A stretch of DNA of 64,000 nt from Caulobacterales bacterium (GTDB lineage: Bacteria > Pseudomonadota > Alphaproteobacteria > Caulobacterales > Aquidulcibacteraceae): the NCBI GenBank assembly GCA_049317545.1, contig JBMOIB010000004.1, forward strand, positions 5,565 through 69,564, read 5' to 3'. The notes beneath the pieces are model-generated. The model was not told the origin of the DNA and did no database searches. It saw only the letters and a program-made list of their open reading frames with translations. How positions within the stretch are numbered: the first letter of the stretch is position 1; each line of letters begins with the position of its first letter. The translations under genes were made by a program, and so were the position numbers. Of this stretch, positions 47,249-58,270 are shown piece after piece.

Positions 47249-49384
47249 ATGTCATCGCTCAAAGTCGCTGCAGCCGCCGCTGCGGCGGCGTTTTTGTCCG
47301 GCTGCGCCGCCATGACCACCATGATGTCCGAACGCTCGGACCCGTTCACCTACATGGAAGAGGTCGAGGGCGAACGCGCGCTCGCTTGGGTCCGCGCCCA
47401 AAACGCCCGCAGCTTGGCGGCGCTCGAGGCCGACCCCCGCTTTGCGGCCTTGCAGGCCGACGCGCGCGCGATCGTGAACGCCCGCGATCGCTTGCCGCTC
47501 GGCGCCGTGCGCAACGGCTATGTCTACAATTTCTGGCAGGACGAGGGGCAGGTCCGCGGCGCCTGGCGGCGGGCCTCGATCGAGACCTACGCGGCGGGCA
47601 AGCCGACCTGGGAAACGCTCCTCGACGTCGACGCGCTTTCCGCAGCGGAAGGCAAGAACTGGGTGTTTCAGGGGGCGACGTGCCTCGCGCCTGACGGCGT
47701 GCGTTGCATGCTGCGGCTCTCGAACGGCGGCAAAGACGCCGCGGTGCGGCGCGAATTCGACATCTCGACCAAATCATTCGTCCCGGGCGGCTTCGCCGTG
47801 CCGGAGGCGAAGAGCGACATCCAGTGGAAGGACGCCGACACGCTCTTCGTAGCTACCGACTGGGGCCCGGGAACGCTGTCGAAATCGGGCTATCCGATCG
47901 TCGTGAAGGAATGGAAGCGCGGGACCCCGCTGGAATCCGCGCGGGAGATCGTGCGCGGCGCGGTCGACGACGTCGGCATGTTCCTCCAGGCCTTCAACGG
48001 CGAGGACGGCGATCGGATCGTCATCGCCGCCCAGGCCCAGACGTTCTTTTCATCCGCCTACAAACGATTGGACGCGCCGGGCGGTCCGCAGGCGCTCACA
48101 TTGCCTGGCCGCACCTCGCTGCGCGGTCTGCACAAGGGCGAGCTCGTCTTCAGCACTGAAGAGGATTGGGCGCCGGCCGGCGCTGCGGCCAAGTTCGCAC
48201 GCGGATCGCTGCTTTCCATTCCCGCAACGCAGGCCGCGACCCCCGCTCCGCCGGTGCGCCTTCTCTATGGCCCAGGCCCGCGCGAGAGCGTCGAAGATGC
48301 TACCGTCGCCAAGGATGCAGTTCTCGTCGCCGTGAACCGTAACGTGCGCGCAAGCCTCGTGCGTCTGACCTTCGACGGCCGGTCCTGGATCGAGAGCCCC
48401 ATCCCATTGCCGCCAAACGGCGCGGTGGCGATCTCGGGCGCCTCATCGGATTCCTCGACGGCCTTCGCCGTTTTCGAGGATTTCCTCCGCCCTGACACGC
48501 TCTACGCGATCGACGCGCGGGCCGGCTCGGCCAAGCCCGTGCGCGCGCTCCCGGCGCAGTTCGACGCCGCACGCTTCACGTCCGAACAGTTTGAAGCGGT
48601 GAGCCGCGACGGAACGAAGGTCCCGTACTTCGTGGTCCGCCCAAAGGACATGAAGCTCGACGGCGCCAATCCCACGCTGCTGTACGGCTATGGCGGGTTC
48701 CAGATTTCGATGAACCCGGCCTATTCGCCGTTTGTCGGCAAGCTGTGGCTCGAGCGCGGCGGCGTGTACGTCATCGCCAACATCCGCGGCGGCGGCGAAT
48801 TCGGCCCCGCCTGGCACCAGGCCGGCCTGAAGACGAAACGTCAGGTCGTCTATGACGATTTCATCGCGGTCGCTGAAGATCTCGTCGCGCGCAAGATCAC
48901 ATCGCCACGGCGTCTCGGCATCATGGGCGGGTCGAACGGCGGCCTTCTGATGGGCGTGATGCTGGCCCAGCGCCCCGAATTGTTCCGCGCCGCAGTCGTG
49001 CAGGTGCCGCTGCTCGACATGCTGCGCTTCAACACCCTGCTCGCCGGCGCGTCCTGGGTCGACGAATACGGCGATCCGACGATCGGGCCGAACGGCAAAC
49101 CGACGCATCCGGACGAACGCCAGTTCCTCGAGAAGCTCTCGCCCTACGCAAATCTGCGCAAACGGCCTGACTTCCCGGTCCCCTTCCTCGTGACATCAAC
49201 CAAAGACGATCGGGTCCATCCGGCGCACGCGCGCAAATACGGCGCGCGCCTCGAGGCCCTCGGCATGCCGTTTTACTATTACGAGAACATCGACGGCGGG
49301 CATGCTGCGGCCGCCAACCTTCAGGAGCAGGCGACGCGCCGGGCGCTGGAGATGACCTATCTTATGCAGCGGCTGATGGATTGA
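47249..49384 (+). CDS. prolyl oligopeptidase (S9A) family serine peptidase, lipoprotein
   Basis: Lipobox FLSGC, a beta-propeller N-terminal half, and catalytic GGSNGGLL with later D and H (DGGHAAA). Confidence 0.9.
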   Translation: MSSLKVAAAAAAAAFLSGCAAMTTMMSERSDPFTYMEEVEGERALAWVRAQNARSLAALEADPRFAALQADARAIVNARDRLPLGAVRNGYVYNFWQDEGQVRGAWRRASIETYAAGKPTWETLLDVDALSAAEGKNWVFQGATCLAPDGVRCMLRLSNGGKDAAVRREFDISTKSFVPGGFAVPEAKSDIQWKDADTLFVATDWGPGTLSKSGYPIVVKEWKRGTPLESAREIVRGAVDDVGMFLQAFNGEDGDRIVIAAQAQTFFSSAYKRLDAPGGPQALTLPGRTSLRGLHKGELVFSTEEDWAPAGAAAKFARGSLLSIPATQAATPAPPVRLLYGPGPRESVEDATVAKDAVLVAVNRNVRASLVRLTFDGRSWIESPIPLPPNGAVAISGASSDSSTAFAVFEDFLRPDTLYAIDARAGSAKPVRALPAQFDAARFTSEQFEAVSRDGTKVPYFVVRPKDMKLDGANPTLLYGYGGFQISMNPAYSPFVGKLWLERGGVYVIANIRGGGEFGPAWHQAGLKTKRQVVYDDFIAVAEDLVARKITSPRRLGIMGGSNGGLLMGVMLAQRPELFRAAVVQVPLLDMLRFNTLLAGASWVDEYGDPTIGPNGKPTHPDERQFLEKLSPYANLRKRPDFPVPFLVTSTKDDRVHPAHARKYGARLEALGMPFYYYENIDGGHAAAANLQEQATRRALEMTYLMQRLMD

Positions 49385-49392
49385 GGCTGACC

Positions 49393-50670
49393 ATGTCCCG
49401 CTCGTTCTCGCTCTTCATCCTGATCGGCATGATCCTCGGCATCGCCGCCGGCGCGGCGATCTATCATTACCTGCCGCCCGAGCAGGCGACGCAATGGGCC
49501 GACGGCTTCAAGATCGTCACCGACATCTTCCTGCGCCTCATCAAAATGATCATCGCGCCGCTGGTGTTCTCCACCCTGGTCGCCGGCATCGCGCACATGG
49601 GATCAGGCTCGGCGCTCGGCCGCATCGGCCTGCGCACCATGGCCTGGTTCCTCGGCGCATCGCTCGTGTCGCTGTCGCTTGGGCTCGTCGCGGTGACGAT
49701 CCTGCAGCCCGGCGCCGGCTTGAATCTGCCATTGCCGCCAGCCGACGCGAAAAGCGGCATCCAGGCGTCGGCGCTTTCGCTCAAGGATTTCCTCACCCAC
49801 GTCTTCCCGAAGTCATTCTTCGAGGCGATGGCGACCAACGAGATCCTGCAGATCGTCGTTTTCTCGATTTTCGTCGGCGTCGCGCTTGGATCGCTTGGAG
49901 AGAAGGCCAAAACGTTGGTCCATATCGCCGAGCAGCTCGTCGACGTGATGCTGAAAATCACAGGCTATGTGATGCTCGTCGCGCCGATCGCGGTGTTCGC
50001 CGCCATCGCCGCCACCGTCGCCAAGCACGGCCTGGAGATTCTGCTCACCTACGGCAAGTTCATCGTCGGCTTCTATGCAGCGCTCGTCGTGCTTTGGGTG
50101 GTGCTCTTGCTCGCGAGTACGGCCGTGCTGGGCCTGCGCACGTTCGGGCTCATCGGCCAGTTGCGCGAACCGATCCTGCTCGCCTTCTCCACCGCAAGTT
50201 CCGAGGCCGCCTACCCGCGCACCATGGAAGCGCTGCGCAGGTTCGGCGTTCCCAAACGCATCTCGGGTTTCGTCCTGCCGCTTGGCTATTCGTTCAATCT
50301 CGACGGCTCGATGATGTACTGCACCTTCGCGACGATCTTCATCGCGCAGGCCTATGGGATCGAACTCACCTGGGCCCAGAAGCTCACCATGCTGCTGCTG
50401 CTCATGTTGACCTCCAAGGGCATGGCCGGGGTGCCGAGGGCGTCGCTCGTCGTCATCGCCGCGACATTGGCGTTCTTTAAGATCCCGGAAGCGGGCCTTC
50501 TGCTGATCCTTGCGATCGATCAATTCCTCGACATGGGCCGCAGCGCCACCAATGTCGTCGGCAACGCGGTCGCCACAGCCGTGACGGCGAAGTGGGAGAA
50601 AGTGCTCAAGGACGGCCCCGCGGACGAGGACGAGGAGCCCCCAAAGCAGCCGCAGGCGTTGCCGGCCTGA
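49393..50670 (+). CDS. dicarboxylate/amino acid:cation symporter (DAACS, DctA/GltP-like)
   Basis: LRLIKMIIAPLVFSTLVAGIA, SSEAAYPRT and NLDGS motifs. Confidence 0.9.
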   Translation: MSRSFSLFILIGMILGIAAGAAIYHYLPPEQATQWADGFKIVTDIFLRLIKMIIAPLVFSTLVAGIAHMGSGSALGRIGLRTMAWFLGASLVSLSLGLVAVTILQPGAGLNLPLPPADAKSGIQASALSLKDFLTHVFPKSFFEAMATNEILQIVVFSIFVGVALGSLGEKAKTLVHIAEQLVDVMLKITGYVMLVAPIAVFAAIAATVAKHGLEILLTYGKFIVGFYAALVVLWVVLLLASTAVLGLRTFGLIGQLREPILLAFSTASSEAAYPRTMEALRRFGVPKRISGFVLPLGYSFNLDGSMMYCTFATIFIAQAYGIELTWAQKLTMLLLLMLTSKGMAGVPRASLVVIAATLAFFKIPEAGLLLILAIDQFLDMGRSATNVVGNAVATAVTAKWEKVLKDGPADEDEEPPKQPQALPA

Positions 50671-50692
50671 TCGAATAGGTTAGGGTGAGCCC

Positions 50693-51031
50693 ATGACTTG
50701 GTGGCGAATTTTCGCGGCGATCCTGGCGTTTGCGCTTATCGGCGCGATCGGCTGGGCGATTTTGACGTCCGGCGAGTTGCACGGCGACATCTGGCAACAG
50801 GGCGGCGTCATCCTGACGTTGCCTTGGGGCGTCGTAGCGATGCTCGACCTCTATGTCGGCTTTGCCCTGATGGCGATGATCATGATGCTGGCCGAACGCT
50901 CGTTCGTGATCGGCATCCTGTGGGCCCTGCCCATGCTCGCGCTCGGCAACGTCTGGGCGGCGATCTGGCTGATCGTGCGCCTGCCCAGCCTCTCGCGCAG
51001 GCTTACCGCGCCAGATTGGCCGAGCGGCTGA
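50693..51031 (+). CDS. small integral membrane protein (DUF1475-like)
   Basis: 112 aa, 3-4 TM helices. The 3' end overlaps the convergent oxyR by 29 nt. Confidence 0.55.
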   Translation: MTWWRIFAAILAFALIGAIGWAILTSGELHGDIWQQGGVILTLPWGVVAMLDLYVGFALMAMIMMLAERSFVIGILWALPMLALGNVWAAIWLIVRLPSLSRRLTAPDWPSG

Positions 51032-51944
51032 TCAGTTCGCGCAGCGTCTGACCCAAAAGGCGGCATTCGTCGCTGCGCGGGCTACCCGCCCGCCATGCAA
51101 TCGCCAGCGACCGGCCGACGATCGGCGCAGAGAACGGTCGAACGTCGACGGCCGCCCCGGTTGCCGCCCCAGCATCGGACGCGAGCCGCGGCAGCAACGT
51201 TACGCCCATGCCGCCAGCGACCATCTGAACCAAGGTGTAGAGGCTGGTGGCGCTGACGTCGGCGGATTGCCGGCGCGGCGGCGCGCCGCACACGCGCAGG
51301 GAATGGTCGCGCAGACAATGTCCGTCTTCGAGGAGCAGCACCTCCTCCCCGGCCAGATCGTCCGGCGTCAGCGTCGCCCGATCTGACAGCGGATGCCCTT
51401 TCGGCGAGGCAAGCAGGAATTCGTCCTCGCCGATCACGTCAAACTCGATCCCGCTGGCCTCGTAGGGCAAGGCGATGATCGCCGCGTCGAGGCCGCGCGC
51501 CCGCAATTGCTCGATCAGGCGGATCGAAACGTCCTCACGCAAAAGCAGGCGCAAGCTCGGAAACCGCGCCTTGAGTTCGGGCAGGGCCCGCGGCAGCAGA
51601 AACGGCGCGATGGTTGGGATTGCCCCGAGCCTGAAGGGTCCGACGAGTGGTCCAGCCGACCCGTGCAGCGCCCGCACGAGTTCTTCGGTCTCGGAAAGCA
51701 CGCGGATCGCCCGCATGGCCGCCTCTTCCCCCGCGGGCGTCAGCGCCGCGCCGCGCGCGCGGTCGACCAGCGTGACGCCCAAGATCGCCTCAAGCTCCTT
51801 GATGCCGGCCGAGAGCGTCGGTTGGGTCACCCCAACGGCGTCGGCGCCGCGGACGAATGAGCCATGCGCCTGCAGGGCCGCCAGGAATTGCAATTGCCGC
51901 AGCGTCGGCAACGCGCCGCGCGGCAGGGGATCGGCGCCATTCAT
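51003..51944 (-). CDS. oxyR: LysR family hydrogen peroxide-inducible genes activator
   Basis: wHTH LRQLQFLAALQAHGSF...TQPTLSAGIKELE and the redox Cys pair in EDGHCLRDHSLRVC. Divergent from ahpC. Confidence 0.85.
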   Translation of the reverse strand: MNGADPLPRGALPTLRQLQFLAALQAHGSFVRGADAVGVTQPTLSAGIKELEAILGVTLVDRARGAALTPAGEEAAMRAIRVLSETEELVRALHGSAGPLVGPFRLGAIPTIAPFLLPRALPELKARFPSLRLLLREDVSIRLIEQLRARGLDAAIIALPYEASGIEFDVIGEDEFLLASPKGHPLSDRATLTPDDLAGEEVLLLEDGHCLRDHSLRVCGAPPRRQSADVSATSLYTLVQMVAGGMGVTLLPRLASDAGAATGAAVDVRPFSAPIVGRSLAIAWRAGSPRSDECRLLGQTLRELISRSANLAR

Positions 51945-52158
51945 AGAGCCACCCTATTCCATCTTCACAGCGTATCGATGCAGCCATTTAGCCCACGCAG
52001 GCGGCGGCCTCAAGGGCAGACAGTCCAGCTATTGACGCGACCAAAGGGCGAACGCGCATGGTATAGAGCCCTTCGATTGGCCCTATCGCCACAATCTCTT
52101 TGCCTCGCAGGTGCGAATTCGCATATGCGAACGCCCTCTCTTAACTTGGAGTCCAGAA

Positions 52159-52713
52159 ATGCTCGGAATCGGCGAGAAACTGCCTGAGTTCAAAATCACC
52201 GGCGTGAAGCCCGGCTTCAATGCGCACGAGGAAAAGGGCGTCTCGGCGTTCGAAGCGCTCGACCAGGACTCCTTCCCGGGCAAGTGGAAGGTCATCTACT
52301 TTTACCCGAAGGACTTCACCTTCGTATGCCCGACCGAGATCGCCGAATTCGGCCGCCTCGCCAAAGAATTCGAAGCCCGTGACGCCATCGTGCTCGGCGG
52401 CTCGAGCGACAACGAATTCGTCAAGCTGGCTTGGCGCCGCGACCACAAGGACCTCAACAAGCTCGGTCATTGGCAATTCGCCGACACCAACGGCTCGCTG
52501 ATTGACGGCCTCGGCGTGCGCTCGCCGGACGGCGTCGCGTATCGCGCCACGTTCGTGGTCGATCCGCACAACGTCATCCAGCACGTCTACGTCACGAACC
52601 TGAACGTGGGCCGCAACCCGCAAGACACGCTGCGCGTGCTCGACGCGCTGCAGACCGACGAACTGTGCCCCTGCAACCGCCCGGTCGGCGGTAACGTTCT
52701 GAAAGCGGCCTAA
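52159..52713 (+). CDS. ahpC: peroxiredoxin (alkyl hydroperoxide reductase C, AhpD-dependent type)
   Basis: Peroxidatic Cys in DFTFVCPTE and C-terminal ELCPCN. The start is at ATG 52159. Confidence 0.93.
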   Translation: MLGIGEKLPEFKITGVKPGFNAHEEKGVSAFEALDQDSFPGKWKVIYFYPKDFTFVCPTEIAEFGRLAKEFEARDAIVLGGSSDNEFVKLAWRRDHKDLNKLGHWQFADTNGSLIDGLGVRSPDGVAYRATFVVDPHNVIQHVYVTNLNVGRNPQDTLRVLDALQTDELCPCNRPVGGNVLKAA

Positions 52714-52786
52714 CCGCCGCCCGCGCTCGCGCCGCCGCCCTCCCCCCTGGGCCGCTGGCGGCGCGAGCGGTTTCTATGATGCTGCG

Positions 52787-52910
52787 CTCACCCTCCCCCA
52801 GCGGGGGAGGGTTGGGAGGGGGAGATGGGCGCTGCGACGCCCAAAGCGGCGCTCTGCCCCCCAAAGCCTGCGGTTCTCCCAACCCCCGCCCCTCCCCGCT
52901 GGGGAGGGGA
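52787..52910. repeat. G/C-tract nested palindromic REP/MITE-like element, copy 1
   Basis: Left arm CCCTCCCCCAGCGGGGGAGGGTTGGGAGGGGGAG and right arm CTCCCAACCCCCGCCCCTCCCCGCTGGGGAGGGG. Each arm contains its own hairpin. A near-identical arm pair is at 60899-60996. Confidence 0.7.
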
Positions 52911-52937
52911 CTTGCTGTTATTCAATGGAGTTCAGCC

Positions 52938-53471
52938 ATGTCCCTCGACGCCCTGCGCGACGCACTTCCCGATTACGCCAAGGACCAGAAGCTCAATCTC
53001 GGGTCGCTGGCGGCGGAAACGCTGCTGACCGACCAGCAAAAGTGGGGCTGTTTTCTCGCCTCGGCGCATGCCGTCGGCGTGCCTTCGGTCGTACAAGCGA
53101 TCGAAGCCGAAACCGCTGAAAAGCTCGCTCCGGAAGCAGCGACCGCCGCCAAGGCCGCCGCGGCGATCATGGCTATGAACAACGTCTATTATCGGTCCAT
53201 GCACCTTCTGCAGAACCAGGAATACCGCACCCTGCGGGCCGGCCTGCGCATGAACGTCCTGATGAACCCGGGCGTCGACAAGACCGACTTTGAACTCTGG
53301 TCGCTCGCCGTTTCCGCGATCAACGGCTGCGGCATGTGCCTGGACAGCCATGAGGAGGAATTGCGCAAGCGCGATCTGCCCAACACGCACATCCAGGCCG
53401 CGATCCGCATCGCCGCCGTGGTCAACGCCGCAAGCGCTGTGATGCGCGCCGAGGCGGCGCGCGCGGCCTAG
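52938..53471 (+). CDS. ahpD: alkyl hydroperoxide reductase AhpD (carboxymuconolactone decarboxylase family)
   Basis: [21 protein letters not shown] start and CxxC active site [12 protein letters not shown]. The track ORF extension reads through the repeat. Confidence 0.9.
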   Translation: MSLDALRDALPDYAKDQKLNLGSLAAETLLTDQQKWGCFLASAHAVGVPSVVQAIEAETAEKLAPEAATAAKAAAAIMAMNNVYYRSMHLLQNQEYRTLRAGLRMNVLMNPGVDKTDFELWSLAVSAINGCGMCLDSHEEELRKRDLPNTHIQAAIRIAAVVNAASAVMRAEAARAA

Positions 53472-56152
53472 CCGACGCGGGCGGTGCGTTCTTCGCCAGC
53501 GGGAGACGCGCCGCCAATCGCGAACCGGGCGATCGCGGCGGCGAGCGTGGCCCGATCGACCGGCTTGACCAGATGTTCGCACGCGCCGAGCTGCAGCGAC
53601 GTGCGGCGGTCGTCGTCGATCGAATAGACCACCACCGGGATGTCGCGGGTCGCGACGGCGCTCTTGAGCGCAGTCAGGATCGACCAGCCCGATCCGTCGG
53701 GAAGGCCAATATCGAGCACGATCAGAGCCGGCAGGTTTTCACGGGTCCGCGCCAACCCTTCAAAGCCGCGCGACGCGCCGCAGACCTGTAGTCCAAGCGT
53801 CGACGCGGCCCGCGCCACGAGATCGCGCGCATCCGCGCCGTCTTCAATGACGAGCACATAACGACCGGCCGGCGCCGGCCCCTCCGGGCCCGCACTTAGA
53901 ACCTCGCCGTAGCGGGCCGCGATCGTCAGCTCGAAAGTTGAGCCGACGCCGGGCGCGCTGCGCACGCTGACGTCGCCGCCCAACAGCATCGCCAATCGCC
54001 GCGTGATCGCGAGGCCGAGCCCTGTGCCGCCGAACGTGGCGCTGGTCGAAGCGTCGGCCTGAACGAACGGCTGGAACAGCCGTGAGACCTGCTCGGCTGT
54101 CATGCCGATTCCAGTATCCTCCACGCGGATGCGGGCGAGCCCGTCTGCGACCTCGGCATGCAGCGCCACGCGCCCGTCGGATGTGAACTTGGCGGCGTTG
54201 GAGAGCAGATTGAGCACGCATTGGCGCAATTTCACAGAATCGGTGCGCAGTTCGGCGAATGCCGGATCGATCTCGCACGTGAGATCGACATTGCGTCCGC
54301 GCGCAGCGATCTCGACGGTCGCAACCGCCTCGCGCAGCAGTGCGGCGGCGTCGACGTTCTCGATGTTCAACTCCATACGCCCGGCCTCGATCTTGGAGAA
54401 ATCGAGAACTTCGTTGATGAGGCTGAGCAGATGGCGCGCAGCGCCGCGGATGCGCTCGGCGTCCTCTGCCGAGTCCGGACGATCGTCTGCGCGCAGGTCC
54501 TCCACCAGTATCTCCGAATAGCCGATGACCGCATTGAGCGGCGTTCGCAATTCGTGGCTCATGTTGGCGAGGAACGCCGACTTCGCGGCGCTCGCCTCCT
54601 CGGCCTGCACCCGCGCAGCGTCGAACTTGCGCTCTAGTTCCTTGCGCGCCGTGATGTCGCGCCCAACCGCGATCCAACGTCGTTCACCCGACTCAGGATC
54701 GAGCGTGGCGGACAGAGAGACGTCAACGATCCGGGGTTCGCCGTCCTTCGTGTACTGGACGATTTCCCCACGATACGGCGCGCCGGCGACAACGGCGGTG
54801 CGCATCGCCGTCAAGGTCGCCGGATCGGTCTGCGGACCGCGGAAGACCAAGTCGACGCGATGGCCGCGCACGTCCTCAAGGCAAAAGCCGCCAGCGGCCA
54901 ATTGCGTCTCGTTGGCCCAGGCGATCCGCCCTTCGCCGTCGAAGATCAGGATGGAATCCGTCGCGGCGCGTGCGACGAGGGCGAGCTCCTCGGCCTGACG
55001 ACGCGCGGCGATGAATTCCGCGGTGCGCTCCGCAACCCGCGTCTCGAGCATGCGCCGCTCTTCGTCGAGCGCAGCGGCGAGGCGATCGCGCTGCAGGATG
55101 GCCTGTCGAAATGCTTCGACGCCATTGGCGAGACGCCCGAAGTCGTTGCCGAGATGAAGATCAGCGGGGGACGCCGATACGTCGCCGTCGGCGATCTGCG
55201 CGATCGTCGCGATCTGGCGCCGCACCGCGCGCGTAGAGGCGCTGCTGATCGACCACGCCGCCAGCGCCGCGAGAATTGTCAACACGGCGGTCAAGCCAAT
55301 GCTCTCCAGGATCGCGGTGCGGCGAGCGTCGATGCGCGCGAGGAGGAGTTCATCGAGAACAGGCGCGAGATCGCGCCAAAGGGCGTCCGCGGCGTCCTGG
55401 ACTTCGAGCTCGGCGGCGTCGACTTGCGCAAGCGCCGCCGCCCGCTTCGCCCGTGACCTGCTCGTCCCGAGCTCAGTGAGCGCGCGCTCGAGGCGCAGCG
55501 AAGTCGCCTGGATCGTGCGCAGGCGCGCATCGAGCTTTTGCTCCAAGTCCGGACGTTTCAGGTTGACCAGAAAAAGATCGAACCTGGCTTCGACCTGTTC
55601 GCTCGCGACATGGATGCGGCCGAGATCCATGCGCCCGCCTGCCCCGTCTCTCGCACGCGCGGCCGCTGCTGAGGCCGCCGCCGCCATTTCGGGCAGGCGA
55701 TCGATCAACAGGTCCATCGCGTAATAGCTTGGCAGTTGCGGATCGAGCACCAGAGCCGAGCCGTCCGCGACCGAACGGAGCAGGCGGTTCGCCGGCTGCA
55801 CGAGTTCGTCCGGATCGTCCGCAGTTTCGGCGATTGCGAATAGGCGCCGCGCGTGCCGCTCCGCGCCAAACAGGGCGTCGGTGCGGGCCGCCTTTTGCTC
55901 CAGCCGGGCGATGGCGCCCAGCACCTCGGCATCGAGATCGCCCTTCGCGCGCGCGGCGGCGTTGATCACCGCCCAAACGTCGCGCGCATGCGCGAGGCCG
56001 GCGCGTTCCCGCTCAGCGATGTCGACGTCGCGCATCAAGGTGTGGGCGAGGACGCCGCCGACGACGAACGCCGGCGCGAGCGCGAGCGCCATCGCCGCAG
56101 CCAGTTTCGGCGCCAGATCGAGATCGGCCCAGGTTTTTCGCAGCTTTACCAT
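53468..56152 (-). CDS. hybrid sensor histidine kinase/response regulator (2 TM sensor, HAMP, PAS, HisKA, HATPase_c, REC)
   Basis: H-box [24 protein letters not shown]-box [25 protein letters not shown], and a receiver with LVIEDG..., [13 protein letters not shown] and LVKP. Confidence 0.9.
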   Translation of the reverse strand: MVKLRKTWADLDLAPKLAAAMALALAPAFVVGGVLAHTLMRDVDIAERERAGLAHARDVWAVINAAARAKGDLDAEVLGAIARLEQKAARTDALFGAERHARRLFAIAETADDPDELVQPANRLLRSVADGSALVLDPQLPSYYAMDLLIDRLPEMAAAASAAAARARDGAGGRMDLGRIHVASEQVEARFDLFLVNLKRPDLEQKLDARLRTIQATSLRLERALTELGTSRSRAKRAAALAQVDAAELEVQDAADALWRDLAPVLDELLLARIDARRTAILESIGLTAVLTILAALAAWSISSASTRAVRRQIATIAQIADGDVSASPADLHLGNDFGRLANGVEAFRQAILQRDRLAAALDEERRMLETRVAERTAEFIAARRQAEELALVARAATDSILIFDGEGRIAWANETQLAAGGFCLEDVRGHRVDLVFRGPQTDPATLTAMRTAVVAGAPYRGEIVQYTKDGEPRIVDVSLSATLDPESGERRWIAVGRDITARKELERKFDAARVQAEEASAAKSAFLANMSHELRTPLNAVIGYSEILVEDLRADDRPDSAEDAERIRGAARHLLSLINEVLDFSKIEAGRMELNIENVDAAALLREAVATVEIAARGRNVDLTCEIDPAFAELRTDSVKLRQCVLNLLSNAAKFTSDGRVALHAEVADGLARIRVEDTGIGMTAEQVSRLFQPFVQADASTSATFGGTGLGLAITRRLAMLLGGDVSVRSAPGVGSTFELTIAARYGEVLSAGPEGPAPAGRYVLVIEDGADARDLVARAASTLGLQVCGASRGFEGLARTRENLPALIVLDIGLPDGSGWSILTALKSAVATRDIPVVVYSIDDDRRTSLQLGACEHLVKPVDRATLAAAIARFAIGGASPAGEERTARVG

Positions 56153-56307
56153 GGCTGCTACGTTAAGGTTGCCGCCTTAAACGATCCTTGCCTGCGGCAT
56201 TGACAGGGGCCGATCCGCCGCCTAAACGCCGTTGCTTGTAGCCCGTTCCGGGCGCAAACCCCGCCCGACGCAATCGTCCGGCGGGGCATTATGTTTTGGC
56301 GCGTCGC

Positions 56308-56337
56308 GTAGAGACGCGCGCGGTAGAGACGCGCGCG
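56308..56337. repeat. perfect tandem duplication, 2 x 15 nt
   Basis: GTAGAGACGCGCGCG repeated head-to-tail, ending 2 nt before the GGAGGG SD of ffh. Confidence 0.85.
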
Positions 56338-56348
56338 GCGGAGGGTCG

Positions 56349-57857
56349 ATGTTCGATACGCTGACCGAGCGCTTGACGGGCGTTTTTGACCGGCTGACCG
56401 GTCGCGGCGCCCTGTCGGACAAGGACGTGGACGCCGCCCTCCGCGAAGTCCGCGTCGCTCTGCTCGAAGCCGACGTCGCGCTCTCGGTCGTGAAGGACTT
56501 CATCGCCAAGGTGCGCGAAGCCGCGGTCGGCGAAGCCGTCATCCGCTCGGTGACGCCGGGCCAACAGATCATCAAAGTCGTTTACGATCAGTTGGCCGAA
56601 ACGCTCGGCGGCGACGGGCCCCCGGAAGGCCTTCGGATCGCCGGCGAACCGCCGAATGTCATCATGATGGCCGGCCTCCAGGGCTCCGGCAAAACCACGA
56701 CGACCGGCAAGCTCGGCCTGCGCCTCTCCAAGACTGAGCGCAAAAAAGTCCTGATGGCATCGCTCGACGTGCGCCGCCCGGCCGCCATGGAGCAGCTGCG
56801 CGTGCTCGGTCAGGCGATCGCCGTAGACGTGCTGCCGATCATCGAAGGCCAACAGCCCAGCGACATCACCCGCCGCGCCCTGCAATCGGCGCGTTTGGGC
56901 GGCTATGACGTCCTGATCCTCGACACCGCCGGGCGCACCACGCTCGACGAGCAGATGATGAACGAGGCCGCCGAGGTGGCCGCGATCGCCAATCCCGGCG
57001 AAATCCTGCTCGTCGCCGACAGCCTGACCGGTCAGGACGCAGTCGAAACGGCCCGCCGCTTCCATGAGCGCCTCGCCCTCACCGGCCTCGTGCTCACCCG
57101 CGCGGACGGCGACGGTCGCGGCGGCGCCGCGCTCTCGATGCGCGCCGTCACCGGCCTGCCGATCAAGTTCCTGGGCACCGGCGAAAAGCCCGAAGGCCTC
57201 GAAGTCTTCGACGCCCGACGCGTCGCCGGCCGCATCCTTGGCCAGGGCGACGTCGTCAGCCTCGTCGAAAAGGCCGTCGAGAACATCGACCGCGAGCAGG
57301 CCGAGAAAATGGCCAAGAAGCTCGCCAAGGGTCAGTTCGACCTCGACGACATGGCCAACCAATTGGGTCAGGTCCTGACGCTCGGCGGCATGAAGGGCAT
57401 CATGGGCATGCTGCCAGGCGTGCAGAAGCTCAAGGGCCAGATCTCCGAGGCGAACCTCGACGACAAAATCATCCGTCGGCAGATCGCCGTGATCCGCTCG
57501 ATGACCAAGGCGGAACGTCAGAAGCCGGACGTTTTGAACGCCTCGCGCCGCCGCCGCATCGCCAAGGGCGCGGGCGTTGACGTGGCCGAGGTCAACAAGG
57601 TTCTGAAGATGCACCGCGGCATGGCCGACATGGTCAAGTCGATGGGCAAGGGCAAATCGCCGTTCGGCGGCATGATGCCCGGCATGCCTGGCGGCGGTCG
57701 CATGCCGACCCCGGAGCAATTGAAGGCGCTGGGCGGCGGCAAGCTCCCGAACCTGCCGGGCCTGCCCGGTGCGGGCGGGTTCCCTGGCGCATCGCCCCCT
57801 GGCCTTCCTGGTCTGCCCGGTCTCCCGGGTCTCGCCGGATCCAAAGACAAAAAGTAA
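56349..57857 (+). CDS. ffh: signal recognition particle protein Ffh
   Basis: MFDTLTERLTGVFDRL..., GLQGSGKTTT, DTAGR and a Met-rich M domain. The C-terminal tail is Pro/Gly/Leu-rich. Confidence 0.95.
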   Translation: MFDTLTERLTGVFDRLTGRGALSDKDVDAALREVRVALLEADVALSVVKDFIAKVREAAVGEAVIRSVTPGQQIIKVVYDQLAETLGGDGPPEGLRIAGEPPNVIMMAGLQGSGKTTTTGKLGLRLSKTERKKVLMASLDVRRPAAMEQLRVLGQAIAVDVLPIIEGQQPSDITRRALQSARLGGYDVLILDTAGRTTLDEQMMNEAAEVAAIANPGEILLVADSLTGQDAVETARRFHERLALTGLVLTRADGDGRGGAALSMRAVTGLPIKFLGTGEKPEGLEVFDARRVAGRILGQGDVVSLVEKAVENIDREQAEKMAKKLAKGQFDLDDMANQLGQVLTLGGMKGIMGMLPGVQKLKGQISEANLDDKIIRRQIAVIRSMTKAERQKPDVLNASRRRRIAKGAGVDVAEVNKVLKMHRGMADMVKSMGKGKSPFGGMMPGMPGGGRMPTPEQLKALGGGKLPNLPGLPGAGGFPGASPPGLPGLPGLPGLAGSKDKK

Positions 57858-57898
57858 CCCCTCCGGGCCGCGGCCCGCATTGATTGAAGGAGAAGTCC

Positions 57899-58261
57899 AT
57901 GTCCCTGAAAATTCGCCTCTCGCGCGGCGGCAAGAAAAAAGAGCCCTTCTATTCGATCGTGGTGGCCGACAGCCGCTCGCCGCGCGACGGCCGCTTCATC
58001 GAGAAGATCGGCACCTATTCCCCGACCCTGCCGGGCGACGCCGAAAAGCGCGTCGTGCTCAAAATCGAGCGCGTGCAGGAATGGCTCGCCAAGGGCGCCC
58101 AGCCGACCGACCGCGTCGCGCGCATGCTCGACCAAGCCGGCCTCACGAAGCGCGACGCCCGCAACAACCCGAACAAGGCCGCGCCCGGCAAGAAGATGGC
58201 CGACCGCGCCAAGGAAAAGGCCGACAAGGCCGCCGCGGCGGCTGCGCCGGCCGAAGGCTGA
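57899..58261 (+). CDS. rpsP: 30S ribosomal protein S16
   Basis: [40 protein letters not shown]; GGAG SD. Confidence 0.95.
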   Translation: MSLKIRLSRGGKKKEPFYSIVVADSRSPRDGRFIEKIGTYSPTLPGDAEKRVVLKIERVQEWLAKGAQPTDRVARMLDQAGLTKRDARNNPNKAAPGKKMADRAKEKADKAAAAAAPAEG

Positions 58262-58270
58262 GCCTGACCG

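Noticed and set aside
52776-52937. 54-codon N-terminal extension of ahpD
   Set aside because: It is a translation of the palindromic repeat ([11 protein letters not shown]..., PSPLGRGL). AhpD homologues start at MSLDALRD.
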